DNA of 57,471 nt from Candidatus Magasanikiibacteriota bacterium (GTDB lineage Bacteria > Patescibacteriota > Patescibacteriia > Magasanikbacterales > UBA10003): contig DAOMZV010000001.1 of assembly GCA_035400705.1 (NCBI GenBank), positions 1 to 57,471 of the forward strand, given 5' to 3'. The position numbers and the translations under genes were made by a program. Of the stretch, positions 16,705 through 24,703 are shown piece by piece; position 1 is the first letter of the stretch; each line of letters opens with the position of its first letter. The notes beneath the pieces were generated by a model that was not told the DNA's origin, did no database searches, and saw only the letters and a list, made by a program, of their open reading frames with translations.

Positions 16705-18363
16705 CTATTTTTTACCTTCTTTTAGGTTTAAAACCTTAAACGAATCGCCTAAAGGCGCCAAATAAATAATTGTATTAGTTTCCATTTGTTTTAAAAACGT
16801 TGGTGTAAAAATAATTTCTAAAGAATCTCCACTGGAAATGGTTTTATCGTATCCACCGATTTGCATAATATAATCCAAGGATTCTAATTGAGATGCACCA
16901 TAAAATATTTTTTCTGTTCCTTTGGCAACAAAACTGTCATTTTTTGCCAGCCAGACTGCTCGTCCGGTGTCAGTAACCAGTAAACGAGGACGAGCAACTA
17001 ACAAGTTAGGAATATAAGTTGGATAATATAATTTAAGAGCGGCAAACCAACCGTTTCTTAAAACTTGTGCACCATAAACATTGTCAGGCAAAGTCAGAAT
17101 AACAATCCCTTGTTTTTTTTGCAAATCAACTTTTTGTCCAAAATCAAAAATCAAATTATGACTTAGTGATCCTGCTTCTTGCCAGCGCCAATTTTTTTGA
17201 ATTAAGGAACTAGATAAAAATAACATTAAAATCAAGGGCGGAAAAAATTGAAGATATTTAGTTTTGGGCCAAGTAATAATTTTATAAGACAACCAACCTA
17301 AAATTATAGCCAAACCCATGGAAGGAAGATAAGCGAATCTTTCCCCTTCGCTGGTATTTAAAATAAAAGACAAGGGCAAAACTGGCAAGGCGCCAATTAA
17401 TAAAATAATCAGGCCCAAAAGAGCAATTTTTTCTTGTCGGTATTTCTTTAAAATCAAACCAACAATTAAAAACCCCGAACCAACTAAACATAAAAAAACT
17501 GGCCAACGCATTAAGAAATTAGCCAACAGAGAACGATTATAACCGTCAATAAAATTACTATCAATTATAAGAAAAAGGGTTCGAATCAAATGAGCTGGAC
17601 TGGGTTTTAAATCAGCACTAGCGTAAAAACCAGCTAAAATATGAGTAGAATTCCAACGTAAAAACAAATAGAGAGCCAAAATAGCAACAAAAGGTACTAA
17701 ATAAAGAATTCTTTTTAAAACTCCACGCCAACCATTTTTTTTCGAATCACCAATAAATAAGATTTCATAAACTAATAAGACACCAGGTAAACTCATACCC
17801 ATTTCTTTTGATAAGGTGGACAGAAAAAAACTAAACACAGCCATCGCTAGCCACAACCATTTATTTTTTTGTCTAAATTTAACATAACCAACTAAAGACA
17901 AAATGTAAAAAAAGGCCGCTAATACATCACCGCGCCCGGAAATCCAGGTTACAGCTTCGGGGTGATTAGGTAATACTAAAAAAAATAGGCCCGACCAAAA
18001 AGCTAACCAATGTTTTTGACTAATTAAAAAAATTAACCAATAAATTATTAAAGCTGTTCCAATAAAAAACAAAATATTGGTTAAATGAAAAAACCACGGA
18101 CTAAGCCCAGCAATAGAAAAATCGACTAAATAAGATAATTGGGTCAAAGGACGAAAAACTCCTCCAACAGTACCACCATTACAATTCTTTAAAAAATAAT
18201 CGCTGAACGTATGAGGGGTAAATTTAGCTCGTGACAACCAATCAAAGTCATCAGAAACAAAAAAAGAATTTAGGACTGACGAATAAAGAGCTAGGCCCAA
18301 AATTAAATAAACTAAAACTGTAATCAAAACTGATTTATGTTTTTTGAAAAATTTTTTATTCAT
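16705..18363 (-). CDS. polytopic membrane protein, GT-C fold glycosyltransferase-like (PMT/ArnT-like)
   Basis: 552 aa with about 11 N-terminal TM helices, including a DD(F)DW loop after TM1, plus a soluble C-terminal domain. Confidence 0.5.
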   Translation of the reverse strand: MNKKFFKKHKSVLITVLVYLILGLALYSSVLNSFFVSDDFDWLSRAKFTPHTFSDYFLKNCNGGTVGGVFRPLTQLSYLVDFSIAGLSPWFFHLTNILFFIGTALIIYWLIFLISQKHWLAFWSGLFFLVLPNHPEAVTWISGRGDVLAAFFYILSLVGYVKFRQKNKWLWLAMAVFSFFLSTLSKEMGMSLPGVLLVYEILFIGDSKKNGWRGVLKRILYLVPFVAILALYLFLRWNSTHILAGFYASADLKPSPAHLIRTLFLIIDSNFIDGYNRSLLANFLMRWPVFLCLVGSGFLIVGLILKKYRQEKIALLGLIILLIGALPVLPLSFILNTSEGERFAYLPSMGLAIILGWLSYKIITWPKTKYLQFFPPLILMLFLSSSLIQKNWRWQEAGSLSHNLIFDFGQKVDLQKKQGIVILTLPDNVYGAQVLRNGWFAALKLYYPTYIPNLLVARPRLLVTDTGRAVWLAKNDSFVAKGTEKIFYGASQLESLDYIMQIGGYDKTISSGDSLEIIFTPTFLKQMETNTIIYLAPLGDSFKVLNLKEGKK

Positions 18364-18368
18364 TTAGT

Positions 18369-20192
18369 TTATTCCAAAATTGCCTTAATCCTTCTAACTC
18401 CTGACGAAGAGGCTTCTTCTTTGATAATTTTAAATTTACCCAACAAGCCAGTGTGCTCCACATGAGGACCGCCACAAATCTCTTTACTAAAAGTTGGCGA
18501 ATTAGGATCCGCATGTGGATGTAAGGTCGAATCGCCCACAGAATAAACCTTTACTTTATTACCGTATTTTTCTTCAAATAAACCAATAGCCCCGCTAGAC
18601 TTAGCTTCCGGAACAGTCATTTCTTCAAAGGTAACTTTATAATCTTTAACAATAGCCATATTAACCAAATCTTCAACTCTCTTTTTTTCTTCGTCTGTCA
18701 TTTTAGATGGATGACAAAAATCAAATCGTAAACGTTCAGCAGTGATATTACTGCCCTTTTGTGCCACATGATCACCCAAAACCTCCCGCAAGGCGGCATG
18801 CAAAAGATGAGTAGCGGTGTGATATTTAGTAGACATTTCTCCAGTGTCAGCTAAACCTCCTTTAAATTTTTGTTCGGCACCGGCTCGGGAAAGTTCTTGA
18901 TGCTTTTTCATTTCTTCGTTAAATCCAATCACATCAACCTCTAACCCTTTTTCTTTTAATAATTCTTCAGTTAACTCAATTGGAAAACCATAAGATTGAT
19001 ACAAATCAAAAGCTTCAGCGACGGAAAAAATCTTTAAATCAGAATTTTTTAATTTAGTTTCTAAAATTTTAAACCCTTTTTCTAAGGTATGTCGAAACTT
19101 TTCTTCTTCTTTAGTAATTTCAGTCAAAATAAATTGTTTATTTTTTTCCACCTCAAAATAAACATCTTTAAAAATTCTAATTGTTTCCTCGGCAACAGCT
19201 GAACAAAAGTTATCTTTAATTTCTAAAATTCTAGCGTACCGAACGGCCCGACGGATCAAACGTCTAACAATATAACCCTGATCAACATTACTAGGAGCAA
19301 TCCCCTTATTATCACCCATAATCATAGTGGCGGTACGCAAATGATCAGCCATAATTCGCATGGCTTTGGTAATATCCCCACCCTCAATATAAGAATGACC
19401 AGATAATTCTTCTATTTTTAAAATCAACGGCCAAAAAATATCGGCTTGAAAAACATCATTTAAACCATTAAGAACAACTAGAGTGCGTTCCATGCCCATA
19501 CCAGTATCAACATTTTTTTGTTTAAGTGGCTCAAAAGTATTAGCCGCGGTTTTAAAATACTGCATGAAAACATTATTCCAAATTTCTAACCAATTATCTT
19601 CATCGGTTCCAGGATTGCTACCTGGGGACGGTAAAACCGTTTCACCTTTCCAATAAAAAATTTCTGTATCTGGACCACAAGGACCAGTGATTCCCGCCGG
19701 ACCCCACCAATTATTTTTTTTAGGTAACTTAGCAATTCTCTCTTCTGGTATACCAACTGATTGCCAAATTTTAAAAGCCTCTTCATCAAAAGGAGCATTT
19801 TCATCTCCAGCAAAAACTGAAACAGCAATTTTATTTTTATCTAAATTCAACCAGTCTGCTCCAGTTAAAAACTCCCAACTCCATTTAATCGAATCTTCTT
19901 TAAAATAATCACCCAACGACCAATTGCCCATCATTTCAAAAAAAGTTTGATGACGATTATCTCCAACCTCTTCAATATCTTGAGTGCGGACGCATTTCTG
20001 TATATTCACTAAACGAGTTCCTTCTGGATGAGCTTCGCCTAATAAATAAGGAACCAAAGGATGCATCCCCGCCGTAGTAAAAAGAACAGTCGGATCGTTA
20101 TCAGGAATTAAAGAAGCCGAGGGAATTATTTTGTGTCTCTTAGAAACAAAAAATTTAATATATTTTTGACGTAAATCAATCGAAGAAATCAT
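18369..20192 (-). CDS. alaS: alanine--tRNA ligase lacking the C-terminal C-Ala domain
   Basis: LRQKYIKFF..K.H...PSASLIP.NDPTVLFTTAGM, editing-site HTATHLLHAAL and CGGPHV. It ends just after ...GVRRIKAILE. ATG at 20192 is consistent with the promoter at 20232-20260. Confidence 0.9.
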   Translation of the reverse strand: MISSIDLRQKYIKFFVSKRHKIIPSASLIPDNDPTVLFTTAGMHPLVPYLLGEAHPEGTRLVNIQKCVRTQDIEEVGDNRHQTFFEMMGNWSLGDYFKEDSIKWSWEFLTGADWLNLDKNKIAVSVFAGDENAPFDEEAFKIWQSVGIPEERIAKLPKKNNWWGPAGITGPCGPDTEIFYWKGETVLPSPGSNPGTDEDNWLEIWNNVFMQYFKTAANTFEPLKQKNVDTGMGMERTLVVLNGLNDVFQADIFWPLILKIEELSGHSYIEGGDITKAMRIMADHLRTATMIMGDNKGIAPSNVDQGYIVRRLIRRAVRYARILEIKDNFCSAVAEETIRIFKDVYFEVEKNKQFILTEITKEEEKFRHTLEKGFKILETKLKNSDLKIFSVAEAFDLYQSYGFPIELTEELLKEKGLEVDVIGFNEEMKKHQELSRAGAEQKFKGGLADTGEMSTKYHTATHLLHAALREVLGDHVAQKGSNITAERLRFDFCHPSKMTDEEKKRVEDLVNMAIVKDYKVTFEEMTVPEAKSSGAIGLFEEKYGNKVKVYSVGDSTLHPHADPNSPTFSKEICGGPHVEHTGLLGKFKIIKEEASSSGVRRIKAILE

Positions 20193-20231
20193 AAAAAATA
20201 AACCACTTTTATTTATATACAATCAACTTAA

Positions 20232-20260
20232 AATATAACTTAAAAAGATAAGATAGTCAA
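20232..20260 (-). promoter_or_regulatory. sigma70-type promoter of alaS
   Basis: Minus strand TTGACT (20255-20260), 17-nt spacer, TATATT (20232-20237). Confidence 0.6.
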
Positions 20261-20356
20261 ATGGTTTTTTAATAAAATTGGCTAATTTAAGCCAAAAGAA
20301 TATTTTACTACCATCAAACTCTTGACAAAATTTTTAAAATATGTCAAAATGCTTTT

Positions 20357-20627
20357 GCTAGTTTGGATCGGTTATTTCCAAACACGCCGAAAGGTGAATT
20401 GCTCTAAGCAGAGAATATGGTGGAACAATTCTACTGCAAAAGCTTTCGTCTGTAGGTGGATGGCGTAAACCAAGTGCTCGGTTGACGACGAGCAGAGGAG
20501 AAAAAGCTGTCAGACAATTTACTGGCTAGCAACCAGCGATTATTAATCACGAAGAGTGAGATAAAAAATCGGGGTCTGACCAACAAACAACTTGTAAAAC
20601 GGCGCTCGCTATGGGCGCCTTTTTTTA
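20357..20627 (+). ncRNA. candidate structured non-coding RNA of unknown class (about 270 nt)
   Basis: GC-enriched island (about 45% by eye) in an AT-rich spacer between two minus-strand genes. Plus-strand TTGACA (20322-20327), 17-nt spacer, CAAAAT; several hairpins (tttgga/tccaaa, cgcc-GAAA-ggtg, tgctcg/cgagca, ctgg/ccag); ends in the terminator ggcgct-N7-ggcgcc-T8. No ORF. Confidence 0.45.
20601..20627 (+). terminator. intrinsic terminator (plus strand; the stem could also serve mnmA on the minus strand)
   Basis: GC stem 20601-20606/20614-20619 followed by T8. Confidence 0.7.
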
Positions 20628-20628
20628 T

Positions 20629-22287
20629 TTAAATAATTTCACCTCCACCTAAACAATGACCTTTTTTATAAAAAACAACAAACTGTCCCGGAGTTACCGC
20701 TCTTTGGGCTTCTTTGAAATTAATTTTATATTTTCCTCTACTAAAATAAATTTTACATTCTTGTAAGGGCTGGCGATGACGCAACCGACAATCACAGATT
20801 AAAGGTAGTTTAGGCTCTTTTTCTATCCAATGAACCTTAGGTAAAACAATTTCCTTTTTAAACAATAATTTATCATTGGCTGCGCCCACAATTAACTGAT
20901 TCTTTTTAAAATCTTTTCCTACCACATACAATGGCTTAGTTTCACCCTTAACAGAAGGCAGCTGTAAATTCTTTTCTCCCAAATGACGCTGACCAACAGT
21001 ATAAAAAGCCAGACCATCATGCTCCCCTATTATTTTTCCTGAGCTAGTGGCTATCTTTCCTTTTTTATTTTTAATTTGACGAGAAAGAAAGTCTTTCATT
21101 GGCACCTCACCCACAAAACAAATACCCATACTTTCTTCTTTTGCTGCCACTGGCAAACCCCAACTCGTAGCAAAAACCCTAACTTCATTTTTATTAGTTG
21201 TTCCTAGTGGAAATAATAATTTCTTTAATTCTTTCTGACCTAATTGATGTAAGAAATAAGTTTGATCTTTGTTTGCATCAACTGACTGATATAAACAAAC
21301 TTCGCCGTGTGAACCATCTTTAATACGAGCATAATGACCAGTAGCCACCCAATCAAAACCCAACTTTTTAGCTTCTTTTAACAGGAGTGGTATTTTAACG
21401 TATTTATTACACATCACGTCGGGGTTAGGTGTGCGACCGGCACGATACTGTTTAAATAAATAACCGACTACATCTTTTTTATATTGTAATTCAAAATCAA
21501 AAGTTAAAAGTTTAATGCCAAGTTTAGCGGCTACTCGCAAAGCATCGCGCCGTTCGTCAATCCAACAAGATTTAGATCCTACATTGTCGCTAAAACATTT
21601 AATAAAAGCACCAGTAACCTCAAAACCGGCTTTAATCAGATAACCAGCTGCTACTGCCGAATCAACCCCTCCAGACATAGCTACTAAAACTTTTTTCTTT
21701 TTAGGTAAAACTTGGGGTAGATAAGCCGCATAAACAGATAATAACTTTTTATCTTTTAGCATCTTTTTAGCTGTCGGACTGACCAAGCGTTCGGCTCGAT
21801 TTAAATTGGCTACCACACCAAATAATAAGCTTTGCCAATCATGAGCATGAAACTGCTTACCCCTTTCAATTCCATGTTCACCAAATAAATCTAATTTATC
21901 CGCATCGCGTAATAAAGCTGCCGTAGCATAGTCGTTAGCTAGTTCAGTCCAATGATTTCGGACATTATATAAAATCTCCTGTTTTTCCTTATCAGTTAAA
22001 ACAGCAAATTTTTTATCTTTTTTAAACCATTGATCGGCCAACAAATAAGAAAGTTCATGATGACGCAAACCGGTTGGATTTTTTTTCCATTCAGTCACTC
22101 TACCAATATCGTGCAATAAAGCAGACATTTCTAAAATGCCTCTTGATTCTTTTTCTCCTTGCGCAATTTCTTTAGCATACCCCCAAACTTTTTCAACATG
22201 AGCCCAACCATGAGCAGGAGCCGTTCCTTGCAAAAAAAATTTTTCCACTTTTTGGGCGGTATAATTAATTAGCTTACTATCAATCAT
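20629..22287 (-). CDS. mnmA: HD-domain phosphohydrolase fused to tRNA-specific 2-thiouridylase MnmA
   Basis: Residues 1 to about 190 are an HD domain (HGWAHVEKV...SALLHDIGR...RDADKLD). From about residue 197: VLVAMSGGVDSAVAA PP-loop, MCNKYVKIP, ATGHYAR, KDQTYFL. Confidence 0.85.
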   Translation of the reverse strand: MIDSKLINYTAQKVEKFFLQGTAPAHGWAHVEKVWGYAKEIAQGEKESRGILEMSALLHDIGRVTEWKKNPTGLRHHELSYLLADQWFKKDKKFAVLTDKEKQEILYNVRNHWTELANDYATAALLRDADKLDLFGEHGIERGKQFHAHDWQSLLFGVVANLNRAERLVSPTAKKMLKDKKLLSVYAAYLPQVLPKKKKVLVAMSGGVDSAVAAGYLIKAGFEVTGAFIKCFSDNVGSKSCWIDERRDALRVAAKLGIKLLTFDFELQYKKDVVGYLFKQYRAGRTPNPDVMCNKYVKIPLLLKEAKKLGFDWVATGHYARIKDGSHGEVCLYQSVDANKDQTYFLHQLGQKELKKLLFPLGTTNKNEVRVFATSWGLPVAAKEESMGICFVGEVPMKDFLSRQIKNKKGKIATSSGKIIGEHDGLAFYTVGQRHLGEKNLQLPSVKGETKPLYVVGKDFKKNQLIVGAANDKLLFKKEIVLPKVHWIEKEPKLPLICDCRLRHRQPLQECKIYFSRGKYKINFKEAQRAVTPGQFVVFYKKGHCLGGGEII

Positions 22288-22320
22288 AATGAACTAATCA
22301 TAAAGCAAAATAAATCTAAA

Positions 22321-22353
22321 ATCAAGAAAAGAGACCGGCTCAGCCAGTCTCTT
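22321..22353 (-). terminator. hairpin terminator after the 778-aa membrane/TPR gene
   Basis: Stem aagagac/gtctctt with an inner ggc/gcc pair; on the minus strand it is followed by a T-rich tract. Confidence 0.55.
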
Positions 22354-22359
22354 TATAAA

Positions 22360-24696
22360 CTATTTCCTTTTGTTAGGTGCTATTGGCAAAGTAGATGTGG
22401 GAGTCTCGGTAACTACCGGTACAGCATTTAAGCTTTCAATTTTTTTTATTAAATCACCATTACCTGGATTTAAATTTAAAATTCGCTGGTACAAATCAAC
22501 TGCTTGTTTTTTTAAGCCAGTTTTTTCATATAAATAACCCAAAGCGTATAAAGCATTAGAATAATTAGGATTTAAAATTATAGCCTTTTTAAAAGCTGCC
22601 TCGGCTAAAGCATAATCTTTGGTTGTTCCAGAATTTAAATAATATTGACCTAAATATAACAGATATTCAGCGTTATTTACTCCATAAGTCAAACCCCTCT
22701 CCATAATTGAAATAGCTCCTGGTAAATTTTTCTGAACTTCATTTAAAGTGGCTAATTGTAAATAGCCAATCAATAAATTTGGTTTTAAACTTAAAGCTTT
22801 TTCAAAATTAGTCTTAGCTTCGCTATAACGTTTTTCAACTAATTGAGCATTGCCCAAACTAACATATAACAAAGGATTATTTCCCTCTAATTGAATTGCT
22901 TTTTCTAAAGAAGAAATCGCCCAAGAATTAGCTTCTGGAGTTAAAGATCTGGCATTAGCATACATCGTAGAAAGATACTCCCAAGTAGCGACATTTTTAG
23001 GAGAAATTTCAGTGGCTTTTCTAGCTGCATTAACAGCTGAAACCAAAAATTGTGACGCAGCTTCTGAATTTCCGCCATTTTGAACTAATTCCCCCGCTCG
23101 GTTAATAAAAGCATCGGCTAAACCTAAATAAAATTGGGAACGAGAATAATTATAGTTTAAAGATTTAGAAAAATACTGTAAGCGTTCTTCATAATTTTTA
23201 GATAGACCCTGATTATAAGTTATTTCCGCAGTATAAAATCTTCCTAAATAAACACCCAAAAGCGCTAAAAAGGTGTACAAAACAATAAAAACAAAAGATG
23301 TTACCAAGGCGTATTGCGGAGTAGTTTTCAAAGAAAAATTTAAATAAGCAAAATCATTTTTAACCACAAAAGCGCTAGAACAAATAACTAATCCTAGTAA
23401 AAACCAAAAAATCATCCACTGAGCGGCTCCGAAATTGACTAAAAATAAAGAAACTAAACTCAACAACCAACCGCAAGAAATTAACCAAAAAAACAACAGC
23501 GAGGTAGAAGTTTCTCCCCAATCAGTTTCTGTTTCATTTTCAAAAAATTTTTTGCGATTTTTATTATAAGCGATATATTTTAACCAAACACCTGATAAAA
23601 AACCCAAAACAATTAAGATGGTTCCTAAAAAAACCAGGGTTATTAAAACTCCATTAGTAGTTAGCCAACTAAAAAAGGCGCTATAAGATTGATTGAAACG
23701 AAGATTCCAAGCAAAATTTAAATTCATTTCATCAGGACGAAAAAGGGAGAAATCGTAAGTATAGGTGCTCGGTCCAGTTCCAAAAATAAAATTTCTAGTT
23801 CCAGCCATCAAAGTTTTTTGAGTAATAGACCAAGATAAGCTGGAACTAAGAGAAACTTCTAAAGGCAAATCTTTAGTTAAAAATTTTGGTTCACCAAAAA
23901 AAATAAAAAAGAGAGAGCCCAACAAAAAAAATAAAATCAAAGAAGTAAAAAGCGGTTTAGTTTTTTCTAGATGACTAATAAAAAACACCGCTAAAAGAAA
24001 CAAGCCAATGGCAGTAATTAACCAAATCAACTTAAAACCAAATAAAATTAGACACGCTAAAGAAGAGATAAAAACTAAGAAGCTAAAAACATCTAGCCAG
24101 CGTTCTTTTTTCTTTAAGGTAATATAACCCAAAGAGAGAATAAAAATTAAAGACTGGAAAAAACCAAAAACAATATTGGATGAACTGAACAAATTAAATT
24201 GTGGTAAATCTAATTTAGTCCAACTAACTAAAGAAGTGGCGGCAAGTAAAAAATAAAGTGCGGAAAAAAAACCAGAAAGTAAAAAAGTAAAAAATAACCG
24301 AGTGATTTGTTTAGTAGTGTTAATTTGCTGAATAATTAAAAAGAAAAAAACTAAAAGAAAGCTGATCCCAACAAAGGATAAGTTTAAGGCGCTAAAATCA
24401 CCCCAAAAACTTAAAGAACGGTCCTGTGAAAAAAGACAAATAACAAAATAACCCAGCCAAAAAATCAACAATGGTATATCTAAAACAGTTCTTTTTATTT
24501 TTACTTCTCTAGCTATTACTATCTTGGTTAAAAAACCTAAAAAAGCCAGGAGAGTTAAAAAATAAAATAAAAAATATTTATTAAATTCTATCTTTTCTAA
24601 AGTAAGAGATGAAAAGAAAATTGGCACTAAAAAAATTATTAAAAACAAGCATGCATTAATAAACCAATTAAGTGAAAAAATATTTTTTTTATCCAT
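22360..24696 (-). CDS. O-antigen-ligase-like polytopic membrane protein with a C-terminal TPR domain
   Basis: About 470 aa of TM helices followed by about 6 TPR-like repeats (...YLGLADAF..., ...ALSLKPNLLIGYLQLA..., ...AIILNPNYSNALYALGYLYEKTG...). Confidence 0.6.
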   Translation of the reverse strand: MDKKNIFSLNWFINACLFLIIFLVPIFFSSLTLEKIEFNKYFLFYFLTLLAFLGFLTKIVIAREVKIKRTVLDIPLLIFWLGYFVICLFSQDRSLSFWGDFSALNLSFVGISFLLVFFFLIIQQINTTKQITRLFFTFLLSGFFSALYFLLAATSLVSWTKLDLPQFNLFSSSNIVFGFFQSLIFILSLGYITLKKKERWLDVFSFLVFISSLACLILFGFKLIWLITAIGLFLLAVFFISHLEKTKPLFTSLILFFLLGSLFFIFFGEPKFLTKDLPLEVSLSSSLSWSITQKTLMAGTRNFIFGTGPSTYTYDFSLFRPDEMNLNFAWNLRFNQSYSAFFSWLTTNGVLITLVFLGTILIVLGFLSGVWLKYIAYNKNRKKFFENETETDWGETSTSLLFFWLISCGWLLSLVSLFLVNFGAAQWMIFWFLLGLVICSSAFVVKNDFAYLNFSLKTTPQYALVTSFVFIVLYTFLALLGVYLGRFYTAEITYNQGLSKNYEERLQYFSKSLNYNYSRSQFYLGLADAFINRAGELVQNGGNSEAASQFLVSAVNAARKATEISPKNVATWEYLSTMYANARSLTPEANSWAISSLEKAIQLEGNNPLLYVSLGNAQLVEKRYSEAKTNFEKALSLKPNLLIGYLQLATLNEVQKNLPGAISIMERGLTYGVNNAEYLLYLGQYYLNSGTTKDYALAEAAFKKAIILNPNYSNALYALGYLYEKTGLKKQAVDLYQRILNLNPGNGDLIKKIESLNAVPVVTETPTSTLPIAPNKRK

Positions 24697-24703
24697 AATT
24701 ATT

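Noticed and set aside
20322-20347. Recurrent TTGACA...TGTCAA inverted repeats (also around 31175-31181 and 41560-41570) as a possible shared operator for a regulator.
   Set aside because: TTGACAA is nearly self-complementary (reverse complement TTGTCAA), so consensus -35 boxes generate such palindromes automatically. Spacings differ (5, 14 and 0 nt). Only the 5751-5767 case has functional-looking -10 boxes on both sides, and that one is reported separately.
20410-20430. GAATATGGTGGAACAA resembles the T-box core (GGGTGGTACCGCG), suggesting a T-box leader for alaS.
   Set aside because: It lies on the plus strand while alaS is on the minus strand, and no plus-strand aaRS gene follows. The match is partial, with no CCGCG, and no specifier-loop context was found.
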